DNA of 64,000 nucleotides from Octopus sinensis (GCF_006345805.1 NC_043000.1:992001-1056000); one strand, 5' to 3'; shown: positions 51,020 through 63,268, numbered from the stretch's first letter. Notes: a model not told the origin generated them from the sequence alone. Translations and numbers: made by a program.

Positions 51020-51434
51020 CTGAGAAGAAGAATATTAACAGAAATTATTTTATCAACTTATAGTGTTGCTGTAATTGTCATTCTTATTATTATCATTATT
51101 TTCAATTTGTAAAATCTACCGTTCCGAACGATGAGTTTTCTGTTTGTTTAATGATGTTTTATAATATTTATGTTCGTGTATTTGAGCCGACATTGTACTT
51201 TCGAACCATTGTCTCATCCGGAACTTCAACGCTCTTATCCAAAAACTCACAGCTTGTTAAAGGAAACACATATTGATATGTACGTCATTCATACCAATTT
51301 TTAGTAGCGGAAGAAATCCTGATCTGAATTCCGTATTGTAATTAATTTTTAGATTAATGTTATATTCTCTTATGTTTCTTATAATATATTTGTTTTGCAA
51401 GATTTTTGATGTGAAATCGTGTGTTGAAACAGAT

Positions 51435-51854
51435 ATTGTTGTATTTAGGAATGGTCATTTTGCCAGTTTAGCCAATAAAAACATACGCACTATATATCTG
51501 GTGTTACTTTGCTTCAGCGTTATTCATTTTTTACATTCATCTTAATCTTATTTCGGTCAGTTCTTTCGTCACACTTCTGTGACCTCATCAGTGGTCCTTT
51601 GCTTTCTTCTTTCTTATTTGTGTGTCTCTCCTTACTAAAATGGCTGACCGTTAGTAAGGAGAGACACACAAATAAGAAAGAAGAAAGCAAAGGACCACTG
51701 ATGAGGTCACAGAAGTGTGACGAAAGAACTGACCGAAATAAGATTAAGATGAATGTAAAAAATGAATAACGCTGAAGCAAAGTAACACCAAATATATAGT
51801 GCGTATGTTTTTATTGGCTAAACTGGCAAAATGACAATTCCGAAATACAACAAT
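51435..51854. repeat. 420-bp near-perfect palindrome (204-bp arms, 12-nt spacer)
   Basis: 51435-51638 pairs with 51651-51854; three mismatches seen, all in the outer part. Confidence 0.95.
51695..51733 (+). ncRNA. Hammerhead-like core in palindrome arm (mirror copy on - at about 51556-51594)
   Basis: CTGATGA-G-GTCACA-gaag-TGTGAC-GAAA intact; 2-nt deletion at the cleavage site relative to the copy at 36-75. Confidence 0.4.
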
Positions 51855-52024
51855 TTCTTATAATACTTTCTTTTATAAATGGTAGAAATTTAATTCGTTA
51901 GTAACTTATATCTGATTTATACTACCATTTCTGATATTGTTAGTTCACCCAAAGATGTATGCGTGGCCGTAGTTCTATGACTGAAACCAGCAAAAGATTT
52001 TTAAAATGGATAAAATTCTTATAC

Positions 52025-52210
52025 CTCGTAGAAAGAGAGAATTCCTTTTTCGCTGCTGTATCTCCCCATACGACCTCCTCCCTCAACGGGTGCAAACAGT
52101 CCGTGTATCGACGGGTTAGCTAATGTGAAACTCATTCCATATGTAGGAATGCCTACAATAAGTTTGGATTTCGGAATTCCGACATCAAGCCAGTACCGGA
52201 TTGACCAATC
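52025..52210 (-). CDS. GH18 chitinase exon (DWSIRYWLDVGIPKSKLIVGIPTYGMSFTLA...GILSFYE)
   Basis: ttttag acceptor, GAG|GTATAA donor; 186 nt, phase 0/0; KL.VGIPTYG.SFTL motif. Confidence 0.96.
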
Positions 52211-52301
52211 CTAAAAAATTAAATAGAAAAATAATATTTACGTTTACGAATTTGTGTTGCAAATATATACACATAAGCACACATGCGAAACAGATAGACA
52301 A

Positions 52302-52336
<35 letters not shown>

Positions 52337-54939
52337 CACGCACACACACAAGCATAAATACAGACGGAAAAGCATGTGCATATAAATATAAACATCTCAA
52401 AAGAACAGAATGGACTAAGCGGAGCAGGAGCACACAAGAGGACAGAAAGTGTCGCTGGGGTCGATGTAATCGACTTAATACCTATGTCTGTCCTTGTTTG
52501 TCCTCTCTGTGTTTAGCCCCTTGTGGGTAGTAAAGAAATAGGTATTTCGTCTGTCATTACGTTCTGAGTTCAAATTCCGCCGAGATGACTTTACCTTTCA
52601 TCCTTTCGGGGTCGATAAATTAAGTACCAGTTACGCACTGGGGTCGATGTAATCGACTTAATACCTATGTCTGTCCTTGTTTGTCCCCCTCTGTGTTTAG
52701 CCCCTTGTGGGTAATAAAGAAACAGGTATTTCGTCTGTCATTACGTTCTGAGTTCAAATTCCGCCGAGGTGACTTTGCCTTTCATCCTTTCGGGGTTGAT
52801 AAATTAAGTGCCAGTTGGGTACTGGGGTGGATCTAATCGACTAGCCCCTCCCCCCAAAATTTCGGACCTTGTGCCTAGAGTAGAAAAGAATATTATTTTT
52901 CATTAATAGAAGGCAGGTTAGTCAGAAAATAATGCTTTTTATATTTGGATTACCTTTGTGGCACACCTTTGTGTATACCATGAGTAAGTCAAAAAGTAAT
53001 TCAAATGAAAACTGCATAAATTTCTGATTCACCCTCATATTATTATTATTGTTATTATTAAAGCGGCGATCTGAGAGAATCGTTAGCACGCCAGGCGAAA
53101 TGCTTAGCAGAATTTCGTCTGCCGCTACGTTCTGAGTTCAAATTCCGCCGAGGTCCACTTTCCCTTTTGGAGTCGATAAATTAAGTACCAGTCAAGTACT
53201 GTAATCGATGTAACCGACTACCCCCACACCACGCCCACAAATTCCAGGTCATGTGCCTATAATAGAAAGGATTACTATTACTATTATTCTCATCGCCAGT
53301 AGTAGTAGTAGTAGTAGTAGTAATAGTAGTAGTAGTAAGAGGAGGAGGAGGAGGAGGAGGGTAGGAGGAGGAGGAGTTTTTAGTCTTCATGGTTCAAGAA
53401 ATGCGGAATACATAAAGTGTTATTCGCTCTTGAAACAAAAATGACGTAAATTTTGGAGAAATTACTGTGAGGTATTAAAAGGTTGATAAAACTGCTCAAG
53501 GTTAACGAAAATGTCCAAGATAAAGAAGAATGGTCAATGGTAAACATGCAGGGAAGTCTTTAGAATTAACGAGGATGCTCAACGTTGAGAATTTTCAGGG
53601 TTGACTAACGTGTTTTAGGTTAATAAAGATGTTCAAGATTAAAAAATGTTATATAAGAAGACCGAAACAATGTTTACAGATCCCCGTGTTTCTATTTTCT
53701 AGAATGTTCCTATGTCAATCTTCACAGTTTTATAGATAAATTGTCAATTTTGTTGTATCTCAGAAAAATCATTTAGTCAGTAACAGACACACGCATTGGT
53801 TCTATTTCACTTCTTTATTTTCATTTGTCATTTGGTTAACGATTTAATCTACCGCTCAATCGATTGTTCGATTAATCTTTCGGTCATCAATCACTTATCC
53901 ATTCGCGAACTCACAGATCTGGAACAGAGAGAGCATGTTGGGGTCGACTAAAAAATCTCAACCTCTTTTCTCTCCAACGCCGCTGGGAACGCTACATCAT
54001 TTGTGTGATGTGGAAAATATTCCTATTTCTTTATTACCCACAAGGGGCTAAACACAGAGGGGACAAACAAGGACAGACATAGGTATTAAGTCGATTACAT
54101 CGACCCCAGTGCGTAACTGGTACTTAATTTATCGACCCCGAAAGGATGAAAGGCAAAGTCGACCTCGGGGAATTTGAACTCACAACGTAACGCAGACGAA
54201 ATACTGCTAAGCATTTCGCCCAGCGTGCTAACGTTTCTGCCAGCTCGCCATATTGATGGAAAATATTCCATCGATATTGCACAAATGATGTTGGCATCAA
54301 TTTTAAAATCCATCCAATACTTGGCTCCCGTGCTATCCGCCCACTACAAAAAATCGAACTCAGTACACATAGCAACATTACGTCACAATTACTTTACCTC
54401 AACCGGTCCAACTGTCTTTAATACCATACAAAAATACGTCAAAACGGAAACGGAGCCCATAAAATTCAAATGTTGCGAATGGCGACAAAAGAACTTTGAC
54501 AGATATAATTGATTGATTGGCTTACCAAACGATTGATCAAACAATCGTTTAGTTGAATGATTAAATGGTTAACTAATTGACACATAAAAAGAAAGTAGTG
54601 ATCTAGATCCAGTGCGAATTTCTTTATTGACAGAATAACACACCCTAGACACAACAAAATCTGTTTCAACTCACAAGTTTACATCAAGAACCTTGCAAGC
54701 CAAAAAACAAAACTAAATTGTCAGTATATTTTCGGAAAAGAGGTGTCAACCGTCTTAATACGCCATCAGAGGCTTATATTGTCGATAGAATTATATAGAG
54801 AGAAACAAAGAAATATTCAAAATTAAAAGGAAGTAATGTAAATACTGATAGTAATATAAATTGTTCTCACAGCAGAAATTATGAATCAGTTACACATCTT
54901 AAAATGGACTCCTCTAATCTGATAGCTTGTACAGAATAT

Positions 54940-55190
54940 GATTTATGATATTCTGTGTTAAGGTAAATGTTTACTTCTTAAAGGGCCCACAGCTTTTTAA
55001 TATTCTCCCAAAGAATCTAAGGAACTTGCACAAAGTAGATGGAGGGGTTTTTAAATCAAAGCTGGACCTCTTCCTGTCGAGAGTCCCAGATGAACCTACC
55101 TCACGGCAAGAGGTGCAAATGAGGGTAGCTATATCAAACTCCATGCTTCACCAAGGGCCACATATTAGAGGCGGCTCTTAGTAATAACAG
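54940..55190 (+). mobile_element. LINE RT C-terminal remnant (a similar fragment at about 54350-54480)
   Basis: KGPQLFNILPKNLRNL...FKSKLDLFLSRVPDEP; upstream LRHNYFTSTGPTVFN..FK. Confidence 0.7.
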
Positions 55191-55260
55191 TGTAGCAAAA
55201 CGACGGTGCATCAGCATGAAACTAGAGGGAAAAAAACGTTTTTTATTGTTGTTTTTTTAC

Positions 55261-55387
55261 CGTGTTCAGTTCACTCTTTTCCCCGGGTGGATCTTTGTGA
55301 TGCCGCCACATTCCACTGTGATGTCCAGTTACTTTCTCCCACTGACCATGGTAGTTATAGGTCATCAGCAACATATAATCGACATAG
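55261..55387 (-). CDS. GH18 chitinase exon (YVDYMLLMTYNYHGQWEKVTGHHSG...SELNT)
   Basis: ttctag acceptor, ACG|GTAAAA donor; 127 nt, phase 2/0; D....MTY..HG.W...TGH motif. Confidence 0.93.
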
Positions 55388-56924
55388 CTAGAAATGACCA
55401 GTAAAAAACATTAAAGTGTTAAAACATCAATAAATATATAAATCATAAAACATGAAAATAAATGAGATTTAAGTCTAAATATAGCAATTAAATCTAGTGT
55501 GGGAATCAACGTAAGATTTTTCAAAGAACACCTGCTTCTAACTAGGAGGAAGGAAGCACTCCGTCGGTTACGACGATGAGGGTTCCGGTTGATCCGAATC
55601 AACGGAACAGCCTGCTCGTGAAATTAACGTGTAAGTGGCTGAGCACTCCACAGACACGTGTACCCTTAACGTAGTTCTCGGGGATATTCAGCGTGACACA
55701 GAGAGTGACAAGGCCGGCCCTTTGAAATACAGGTACAACAGAAACAGGAAGTAAGAGTGAGAGAAAGTTGTGGTGAAAGAGTACAGCAGGGATCACCACC
55801 ATCCCGGAGCCTCGTGGAGCTTTAGGTGTTTTCGCTCAATAAACACTCACAACACCCGGTCTGGAAATCGAAACCGCGATCCTACGACCGCGAGTCCGCT
55901 GCCCTAACCACTGGGCCATTGCGCCTCCATGCTTCTAACTAATAGTTACGCGAAAGAGAATTTGAAGGGGAGAATCAACATAGACTTCATTTGCAATATA
56001 ATTCGTGTAACTATTTTGTATTTATGCATTGACACCACTTAAAAATTATAGATATACTAGTTTAAGGTGGCCCGCTCTACGCGCGGGTGAGGGTGTGGTT
56101 GTTACTTTCTGTTGCTTCCTTTCTGTTTCTTATCCCCACGTTCTCCCTCTTTGTTTCTCTCTCACTTTCCCACTCCCTTACTCTTCCTTTCTCTCGGACA
56201 CTCCCTTGCTTTCTATCTTTCTCTCTATTTTTCTCGATCTATCTATCTCCCATTTATAAAAAACAAAAGATCTTGAGTAAGATGAGAAAGAAAAAAATAT
56301 TTTGAAAGATCAATCATAAATATCAGGCAGTGACAACGGAAAGCACACTTGCCTTTTGTACGCGCCACTATTTGAGCGATTAAAAATGAGGAAAAAAAGG
56401 ATTTCTTTGTTAAGTTTAGAACTTATTTTGGGAATTTTGGGATGATTGACCATGCAAATGAAAGCTGTAAACACGAGCTACATGCAGCTGTAAATTTCTT
56501 TCAGAGAAAATGAAAACTGTAAGCAATAAAAACTAAAAGGCAAAAATACATAAAAATGAGAAATTTTTTCAACTTCAAAAATCTTGTCTTAATTTTCAAA
56601 ATTTCAAGCCTATTTTCCGCGCTTAAATTACAAATCAACTTCCACTTTACCATGTTGAAAATTTGATTGAAATCGGTCAAAAAGTGTCCAATCTAGACCT
56701 CCAAGTGTCCCCAAAAAATCAATAAAATCCCCGTTTTCACACCAAAGCAACCACTGTAGTGCCCCCAAAACGTCTCCCAATCAATTTCTCACCTCAAGTT
56801 ACCCCCTCCTGTAAATTTTAATCCCCTTCCAGTCCCACTTAGACCCCTTTTTAATTAAAAATCCAATTTGTATCAACCTTCGCCTTCTTCATTTTATAGT
56901 TTAGACAACTATCTACAAGTATAT

Positions 56925-56990
56925 GGTGGGTGGATATTGTGGGTGGATATGAATTGTGGGTGGATATGAATTGTGGGTGGATATGAATAT
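56925..56990. repeat. 17-bp minisatellite (GTGGGTGGATATGAATT) x about 4
   Basis: Directly visible. Confidence 0.85.
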
Positions 56991-57174
56991 GCAATATTAG
57001 TTTGCCCCATCGTTAATTACAAAGTGGGAGCGCTAAGCGGTGATGTGTATAAATGCAATGTTTATAACAAGTTCGAATATGCCAGTGGCATTTTCGTCAA
57101 CAAGTTAGTCACAGCATTTTGTCTTGGAGAAAATTTCTCGCTGTAGACAAATGGTGTAAATTTCTCGCTGCTGA

Positions 57175-57400
57175 CCAGCGGTCACCGAACTACGGCCCGC
57201 GAGGTCAGTTCATCCGGCTCGCCTCTGCACTGTATCTTTTGTGTAAGTACCTGCAATGAGCGTTAATTCCTGCAGTGATGGTGTTTTAACTTGCATTGCC
57301 GTGTGTAAATATTCTCTTCACGAGAATGTTTGCTGAAAATGAATTTGTCACTCGTACAAGTTACAAAATTGTGCATAAGATGACTGAGCGAGGAAAACCG
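57175..57400 (+). mobile_element. hAT (Charlie/SPIN-like) terminus and transposase fragment
   Basis: CAGCGGTCACCGAACTACGGCCCGCG terminus; ENEFVTRTSYKIVHKMTERGKP. Confidence 0.5.
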
Positions 57401-58153
57401 GTTATGAAATGGTTACATCCCATGTAAGCTTGAAGTGAATGATAATATTAATTTCAAATTCTGATACAAGGCCTGCAATTTTGGGAGAGGGGTAGTCGAT
57501 TACATAGACCCCAGTGCTCAACTGCTTCTTATTTTTTATTGACCCCTCTAAGCATGAAAGACCAGTAATTTCAGGGGAGTGGTAAGTTGATTACATTGAT
57601 CCTAGTGGTCAACTGGTACTTATTTTATCGACCCCAAAAGGATGAAGGACAAAGTCAACCTCGGCGGATTTGAAGTCAGAACGGGAAGACGGACGAAATG
57701 CCGCTAAGCAAAAGTGATTAGGAACATTAACAAGAAGTGTAACCTATCCTCGATTCCTGACCGCTACTTCACGTTACAATTCAAACGCTAAGCTTTTGCA
57801 ATCCAAGAGTAACAGATAGCTACGAAATATCTAATGCACAAATACAACAGGGAAGTTCTTAAAAGCCGAATTATAGTTTATGCAATTCTTGTACTTGCAA
57901 CAACATGTTGCAGTGTGAGGTAAGAATCGATGATATTTTTGTACAGCTGTTGATTAAATGCAATGTTATCCACAGAAGAATGACATAATTGACATTTGCA
58001 TTGCATATTCGGCGTTTAAGAGCTTCACCATTCCGTCTGTTCATTTCTTGTAGGTCAAGCGAACACACTTTAAAGCTCCGGTGTTGGTTCGTGTGAAATA
58101 GAATTTGAAAGAGACAAAGCATAGCTTAACACATGTCTAAACACACAGAGAGT

Positions 58154-58196
<43 letters not shown>

Positions 58197-58963
58197 CGAG
58201 GGAGTGCTGAAAAGTTCCTGGCTTAAAGGTGTAGCGAAAGGCCTCGTTAAATAATAATAATGATAATTGTGTACAGTGCTCAGGTGCACTACAACTCATC
58301 TAAAGTGTATATATAATCAGGTGTAGTTTCGGCGGATTTCGGAAAGCATGAGGGCCTTAAAGGATGCAGTGTCGTGGCAGTCAACAACTGACGCAGGTAG
58401 TTTATTCCATGCTTCAGCAACTCTGAGCGTGAAAAAATGTTTCCGAAAGTCATGGGAGCTGTGTTGTTTTCTGACTTTGTAGGCATGTCCACGTGTGTTA
58501 GACACATGGAGATCAAAAAGGTGTTCAGTGTTGTTGTTGGTGAGGTGGTTGATAACTTTGTGGGTGTTTACCAAGTCCGTCGCCAGACGCCGGAGCTTCA
58601 GTGAATCCATGCCCAGGGAAACAAGGCGCTCAGAATATGGTAGGTGTCTGATGGAGGGCATGCGTTTGGTTGCACGTCTCTGGACAGATTCCAGGAGGTC
58701 AATGTTCTGAGCAAGATAGGGGTTCCAAACTGATGATGCGAATTCCAAGTGTGGTCGTACCATAGCTGTATACAGTTTTAAATAGATGGCTGGAGAGCGG
58801 CTAACAAAAGCCTAATCTTCCAAGTTCTTTTACAGGGCTTCGAAAAACTGAAGGACCGCTGCAATAAGTATGTGAATCTGACCGGGGAATATGTTGAACA
58901 AAATCGTAATTAACTTCTCCATTTTCTTTTACCTAAAGCCAGCAACTTTTCGGCACCCTTTCG
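58197..58963 (+). mobile_element. Non-autonomous mariner element with TA TSDs, interrupted by a LINE
   Basis: TA|CGAGGGAGTGCTGAAAAGTTCCTGGCTT ... AAGCCAGCAACTTTTCGGCACCCTTTCG|TA; GFEKLKDRCNKYVNLTGEYVEQ transposase C-terminus. Confidence 0.85.
58250..58810 (-). mobile_element. CR1-like LINE 3' fragment with (TTA)n tail nested in the mariner
   Basis: LYTAMVRPHLEFASSVWNPY...LESVQRRATK...YSERL..L....L..RR...TRGH..K.......RKHFFTLRV..AWNKLP. Confidence 0.92.
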
Positions 58964-59237
58964 TACAGGTTATAAACCGTGCGTGTTTATATAGATGTGG
59001 AGCTGGCAGAAACGTTAGCACGCCGGGCGAAATTCGTCTGTCGTTACGTTCTGAGTTCAAATTCCGCCGAGGTCGACTTTGCCTTTCATCCTTTCGGGGT
59101 CGATAAATAAAGAACCAGTTTCGCACTGGGGTCGATGTAATCGACTTAATCCCTTTGTCTGTCCTTGTTTGTCCCCTCTGTGTCTAGCCCCTTGTTGGTA
59201 GTAAAGAAATATATATAGATGTGAACATTTATCTTAC

Positions 59238-59362
59238 TTGATAATTTTATGGGGTTCATAAGATTTGTTGATGTAGTATGATCCAGAAGCCGTAGCTAAA
59301 GTAAGCAGTAATTTTTCTTGTCCTGTCTTCTCTGCTTCAGATTCAAAGGCTGTATACAATCC
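59238..59362 (-). CDS. GH18 chitinase exon (GLYTAFESEAEKTGQEKLLLTLATASGSYYINKSYEPHKII)
   Basis: ttacag acceptor, AA|GTAAGA donor; 125 nt, phase 0/2; AF..EA...G...LLLT pattern. Confidence 0.94.
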
Positions 59363-59448
59363 CTGTAATAAGAATCAGACAAAAACTCTTAACGTGTGTG
59401 TGTGTGTGTGAAGTTGAAAATGCACAGAATAAAAGAAGATTCATATAG

Positions 59449-59487
<39 letters not shown>

Positions 59488-59597
59488 AAGTTAATCCAAA
59501 CAAGAAAACACAGAAAAAAGACAGAAAAAAACACAGCAACGCGAGGACGTGGAACAATTAAAGTATTATTTGACGCTCAGGAAAGAAGGGAAGGAGG

Positions 59598-59632
59598 GTT
59601 TAACGTTTCGAGCGGAGCTCTTCGTCAGAAAC
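59598..59632 (-). ncRNA. Candidate minimal hammerhead ribozyme (sense to chitinase pre-mRNA)
   Basis: GTTT-CTGACGA-A-GAGC-tcc-GCTC-GAAA-C-GTT, cleavage, AAAC. No loop III; the AACGTT palindrome implies a dimeric active form. Confidence 0.7.
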
Positions 59633-59807
59633 AAGGAGAAGGAAAGATCCCGAGAAGGGAAGACAGAGGAAAAAAATATTTTTGCTGGTGGTGCTCAAGA
59701 GATCACATATATATATAATATATATATATTATATATATATATATATATCATGTATATGTGCTTGAGAAGCAAATACTCCTTGCCACAGGCTCATCCCTGC
59801 ACTATAG

Positions 59808-59873
<66 letters not shown>

Positions 59874-60367
59874 CAGGGATGACTCTGTGGCAAGGAGTAT
59901 TTGCTTCTCAAGCACATGGTTTCGTGTTAAGTCCCACTGCGTGGAAGCTTATGCATCTGTCTTCTATGATAGCCTTGGGCCGAATAAGTTCTTGTAAGTG
60001 GAACTGATAGATGGAAATTGAAACAAACTCGCCATATATATGCGTATTTGTGTTTGGGTTTGTACCCCCATCACCGCTTGACGGCCGATGTTGCTTTGTT
60101 TACGTCCCTACAACTTAAAGGTTCGGTAAAACAGACCAATACAATAAGGTACTGGAGTTGATTTGTTGCAGTCCAGTGACTGAAAAAACTAAAAGATTAT
60201 ATATATATATATTAATAGTAATGGTAAGACTACAAAAGAAGGAGTGAGACCGGGATATTATGTAAATATAGGAATTCATCTGTAATATAACATGTGACAA
60301 TTATTCGGTTATATAGGGTTTAATCATGTTTTATTATGGCAACCGAATAATTGTCACATATTAAATT

Positions 60368-60452
<85 letters not shown>

Positions 60453-60453
<1 letters not shown>

Positions 60454-60655
60454 GGGAGAGTTTACAAAGAAAAAAAAAAAGACGAAGACAGGTGGTGTAC
60501 AAAACAAACAGATGTATTAGTGTAACGCCCAGGAATAGAAAAAGTATTTTACGTTTCGAGCCTACGCTCTTCTACAGAAAGGGACACAGAGAAAACAAGG
60601 AGATAAAAAAATGTGTGAAGTGGCTAACGATCTATCATGGCGACTATTGCCGGAC
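60453..60655. mobile_element. Copy of the (TA)n-embedded 195-bp family
   Basis: Matches 12119-12312 and 44067-44262. Confidence 0.85.
60547..60581 (-). ncRNA. Hammerhead-like motif with CTGTAGA core variant
   Basis: Same family motif as 12214-12249; 3-bp stem I. Confidence 0.45.
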
Positions 60656-60692
60656 AGATATATATATTTGTATGTATGTGTGTTTATATATA

Positions 60693-60723
<31 letters not shown>

Positions 60724-61620
60724 GTTATGGTATATTCTGTTAAGAACGTATACAACTCGTCCACCTTCAGATTTACCCCGGGCTATCCAGTAGTAGTATT
60801 ATACGTACTTCCACTTTTGCGTTTGGGCATCCGTCGTGTGTAAATAGATAACTGAAAAAATTGGAGTCACCAACAAGGAGTACGGTTGGACATATATCTT
60901 TTAATTATCACAATTGTTTCCACGCAATGTAGTTCTTCAGGCGTGCAAGTACTTGAATATGCAACTGTTTTCCTGCATTATGAGAGTAAACAATTGTAGT
61001 GATTAATATATATATATATTATATATATATAATATATATATTATATATATATACAAAATAAGAAAATGGAGAAATACACCTTATTTATTTATATTTATTT
61101 ATACATATTGTACTTATTGTATCACATTACTCATTGATGTGCACTGTTTTGTTCTATACTATTATGTTTGACCTTGATGTTCATATGTAGTTGGTTAATA
61201 AATTATGTGAATGGGTATTATCTAGTAGTTGACTATTGATTAACGTGTATTTCTCCATTTTCTTATTTTGTATTATTAATTTGTGGTAAAACATTTTACC
61301 TTCGCCCATATAATACAATAAATGAATTAATTGCATCGCAATTCTTAGCATTTATGTATTAACTTTGTTGGATGCTTTACTGGCAGTATATTGGATATAT
61401 GTTATCCCATGGTGGGTTGCACTCACAACCCCTATCTCAATTTATATATATATATATATATATATTTGAGTAGTTGAATGAATTCTCTTATTAAGGATAA
61501 TTCGAAAGATAACCGATACCTGGGTAGCAAATTCACATCAGAAAGAACACGGTTGAAGCTACGTCCCTAGGGCATAGAATACGTGTCTTCGTGCGGAAAT
61601 TTGTATGTTTATTTTAAAAT

Positions 61621-61734
61621 TATAAGTATATGAAAGAATGGAGTTGAACGACTAGTTAACAAATATCCTTTATTCTTTATCCTGAGAATAAAGGATATTT
61701 GTTAACTAGTCGTTCAACTCCATTCTTTCATATA

Positions 61735-61740
<6 letters not shown>
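61621..61740. repeat. Perfect hairpin, 56-bp arms and 8-nt loop, abutting (TA)n
   Basis: 61621-61676 is the exact reverse complement of 61685-61740. Confidence 0.95.
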
Positions 61741-61780
<40 letters not shown>

Positions 61781-61983
61781 CTCTTATACTTGTTTCAGTC
61801 ATTTGACTGCGGCCATGCTGGAGCACCGCCTTTAATCGAGCAACTCGACCCCGGGACTTATTCTTTTTTGTAAGCCCAGTACTTATCCTATCGGTCTTTT
61901 TAGCCGAACCGCTAAGTGACGGGGACGTAAACACACCAGCATCGGTTGTCAAGCGATGCTAGGGGGACAAACACAGACACACA

Positions 61984-62015
<32 letters not shown>

Positions 62016-62319
62016 CGACGGGCTTCTTTCAGTTTCCGTCTACCAAATCCACTCACAAGGATAAGCTTAGTAGTTTTGTAAAAGAGGCTGGCTGAATAAG
62101 TAATATGACTAAGAAATATGTACTGGGGTCAATTTGTTTGACTAAAACCTTTCAAGCCGCAGCTCCAGCATGTCCGCAGTGAAATGACTGAAAGAATTAA
62201 ATGGTTAAGATAAAACATTAACAATATACAGTTGAGGTAAGTCCATGTAACAGCGAGACTTCCATTTGTTCAAAGGCAAAACTGATCATGGTATATGTAA
62301 TGCAATCGAAAGTATTTAC

Positions 62320-62413
62320 CTCCATCAATGATGTAAATCGATATTTGTCTTCGGGTGGACTCCCTCTGGTTGCAGGAAATTCCCAATCCATGTCAAAGCC
62401 GTCGAAATTGTAT
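62320..62413 (-). CDS. GH18 chitinase catalytic exon (YNFDGFDMDWEFPATRGSPPEDKYRFTSLME)
   Basis: Intact DxxDxDxE catalytic motif; aatag acceptor, GAG|GTAAAT donor; 94 nt, phase 2/0. Confidence 0.97.
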
Positions 62414-62525
62414 CTATTAATGGTAAAAAGGTATAAGAGATTTATTTCATTAATATAGACAAAAAGAGCACTGATTGTGTTTCACGTGTTATAACCCGAA
62501 CGTCTGAATGCATGTTTATATATGT

Positions 62526-62559
<34 letters not shown>

Positions 62560-63268
62560 CATACGTATATGCAAAGAGTTTGGGTAAGCTGACAAGTGTG
62601 CTTTCCAACTGAGGCGGCGAGCTGGCAGAAACGTTAGCACGCCGGGCGAAATGCGTAGCCGTATTTCGTCTGCCGTTACGTCCGGAGTTCAAATTCCGCC
62701 GAGGTCGACTTTGCCTTTCACCCTTTCGGGGTCGATAAACTAAGTAGCAGTTACGCACTGGGGTCGATGTAATCGACTTAATCCGTTTGTCTGTCCTTTA
62801 GCCCCTTGTGGGTAGTAAAGAAATAGGTATTTCGTCTGTCTTTACGTTCTGAGTTCAAATCCCGCCGAGGTTGACTTCATCCTTTCGGGGTCGATAAATT
62901 AAGTACCAGCTGCGTACTGGGGTCTATCTAATCGACTGGCCCCCACCACAAAAGTTTCGGGCCTTGTGCCTAGAGTAGAAAGGAATAATTGTGCTTCCCA
63001 ACTACATCGTTTTGGATTCGGTCCCACTGTATATCACCTTAGGTGTATCTCTTCTTCAATAACCCAGGGTCGACCAAAGCTTTGTGAGTGGATTTGGTTG
63101 CTGGAAACTGAAAAGTCCCGTCGTTTATGTATGTGTGAGTGTGCGTGTTGTGTACATGTTTATATGCATGTATATATGTAAACAGAGAGAGTGGGGAGGG
63201 AGGGAGGGCGTCTGGGAGAGAGAGTCATATTTAAATCTATATCATTAAGTCAATGGTGGTTAACTTAC

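Noticed and set aside
60920-60960. Minus-strand CTGAAGA...GAAAC-AATT-GTG
   Set aside because: Cleavage triplet GTG is not permitted and stem II is poor.
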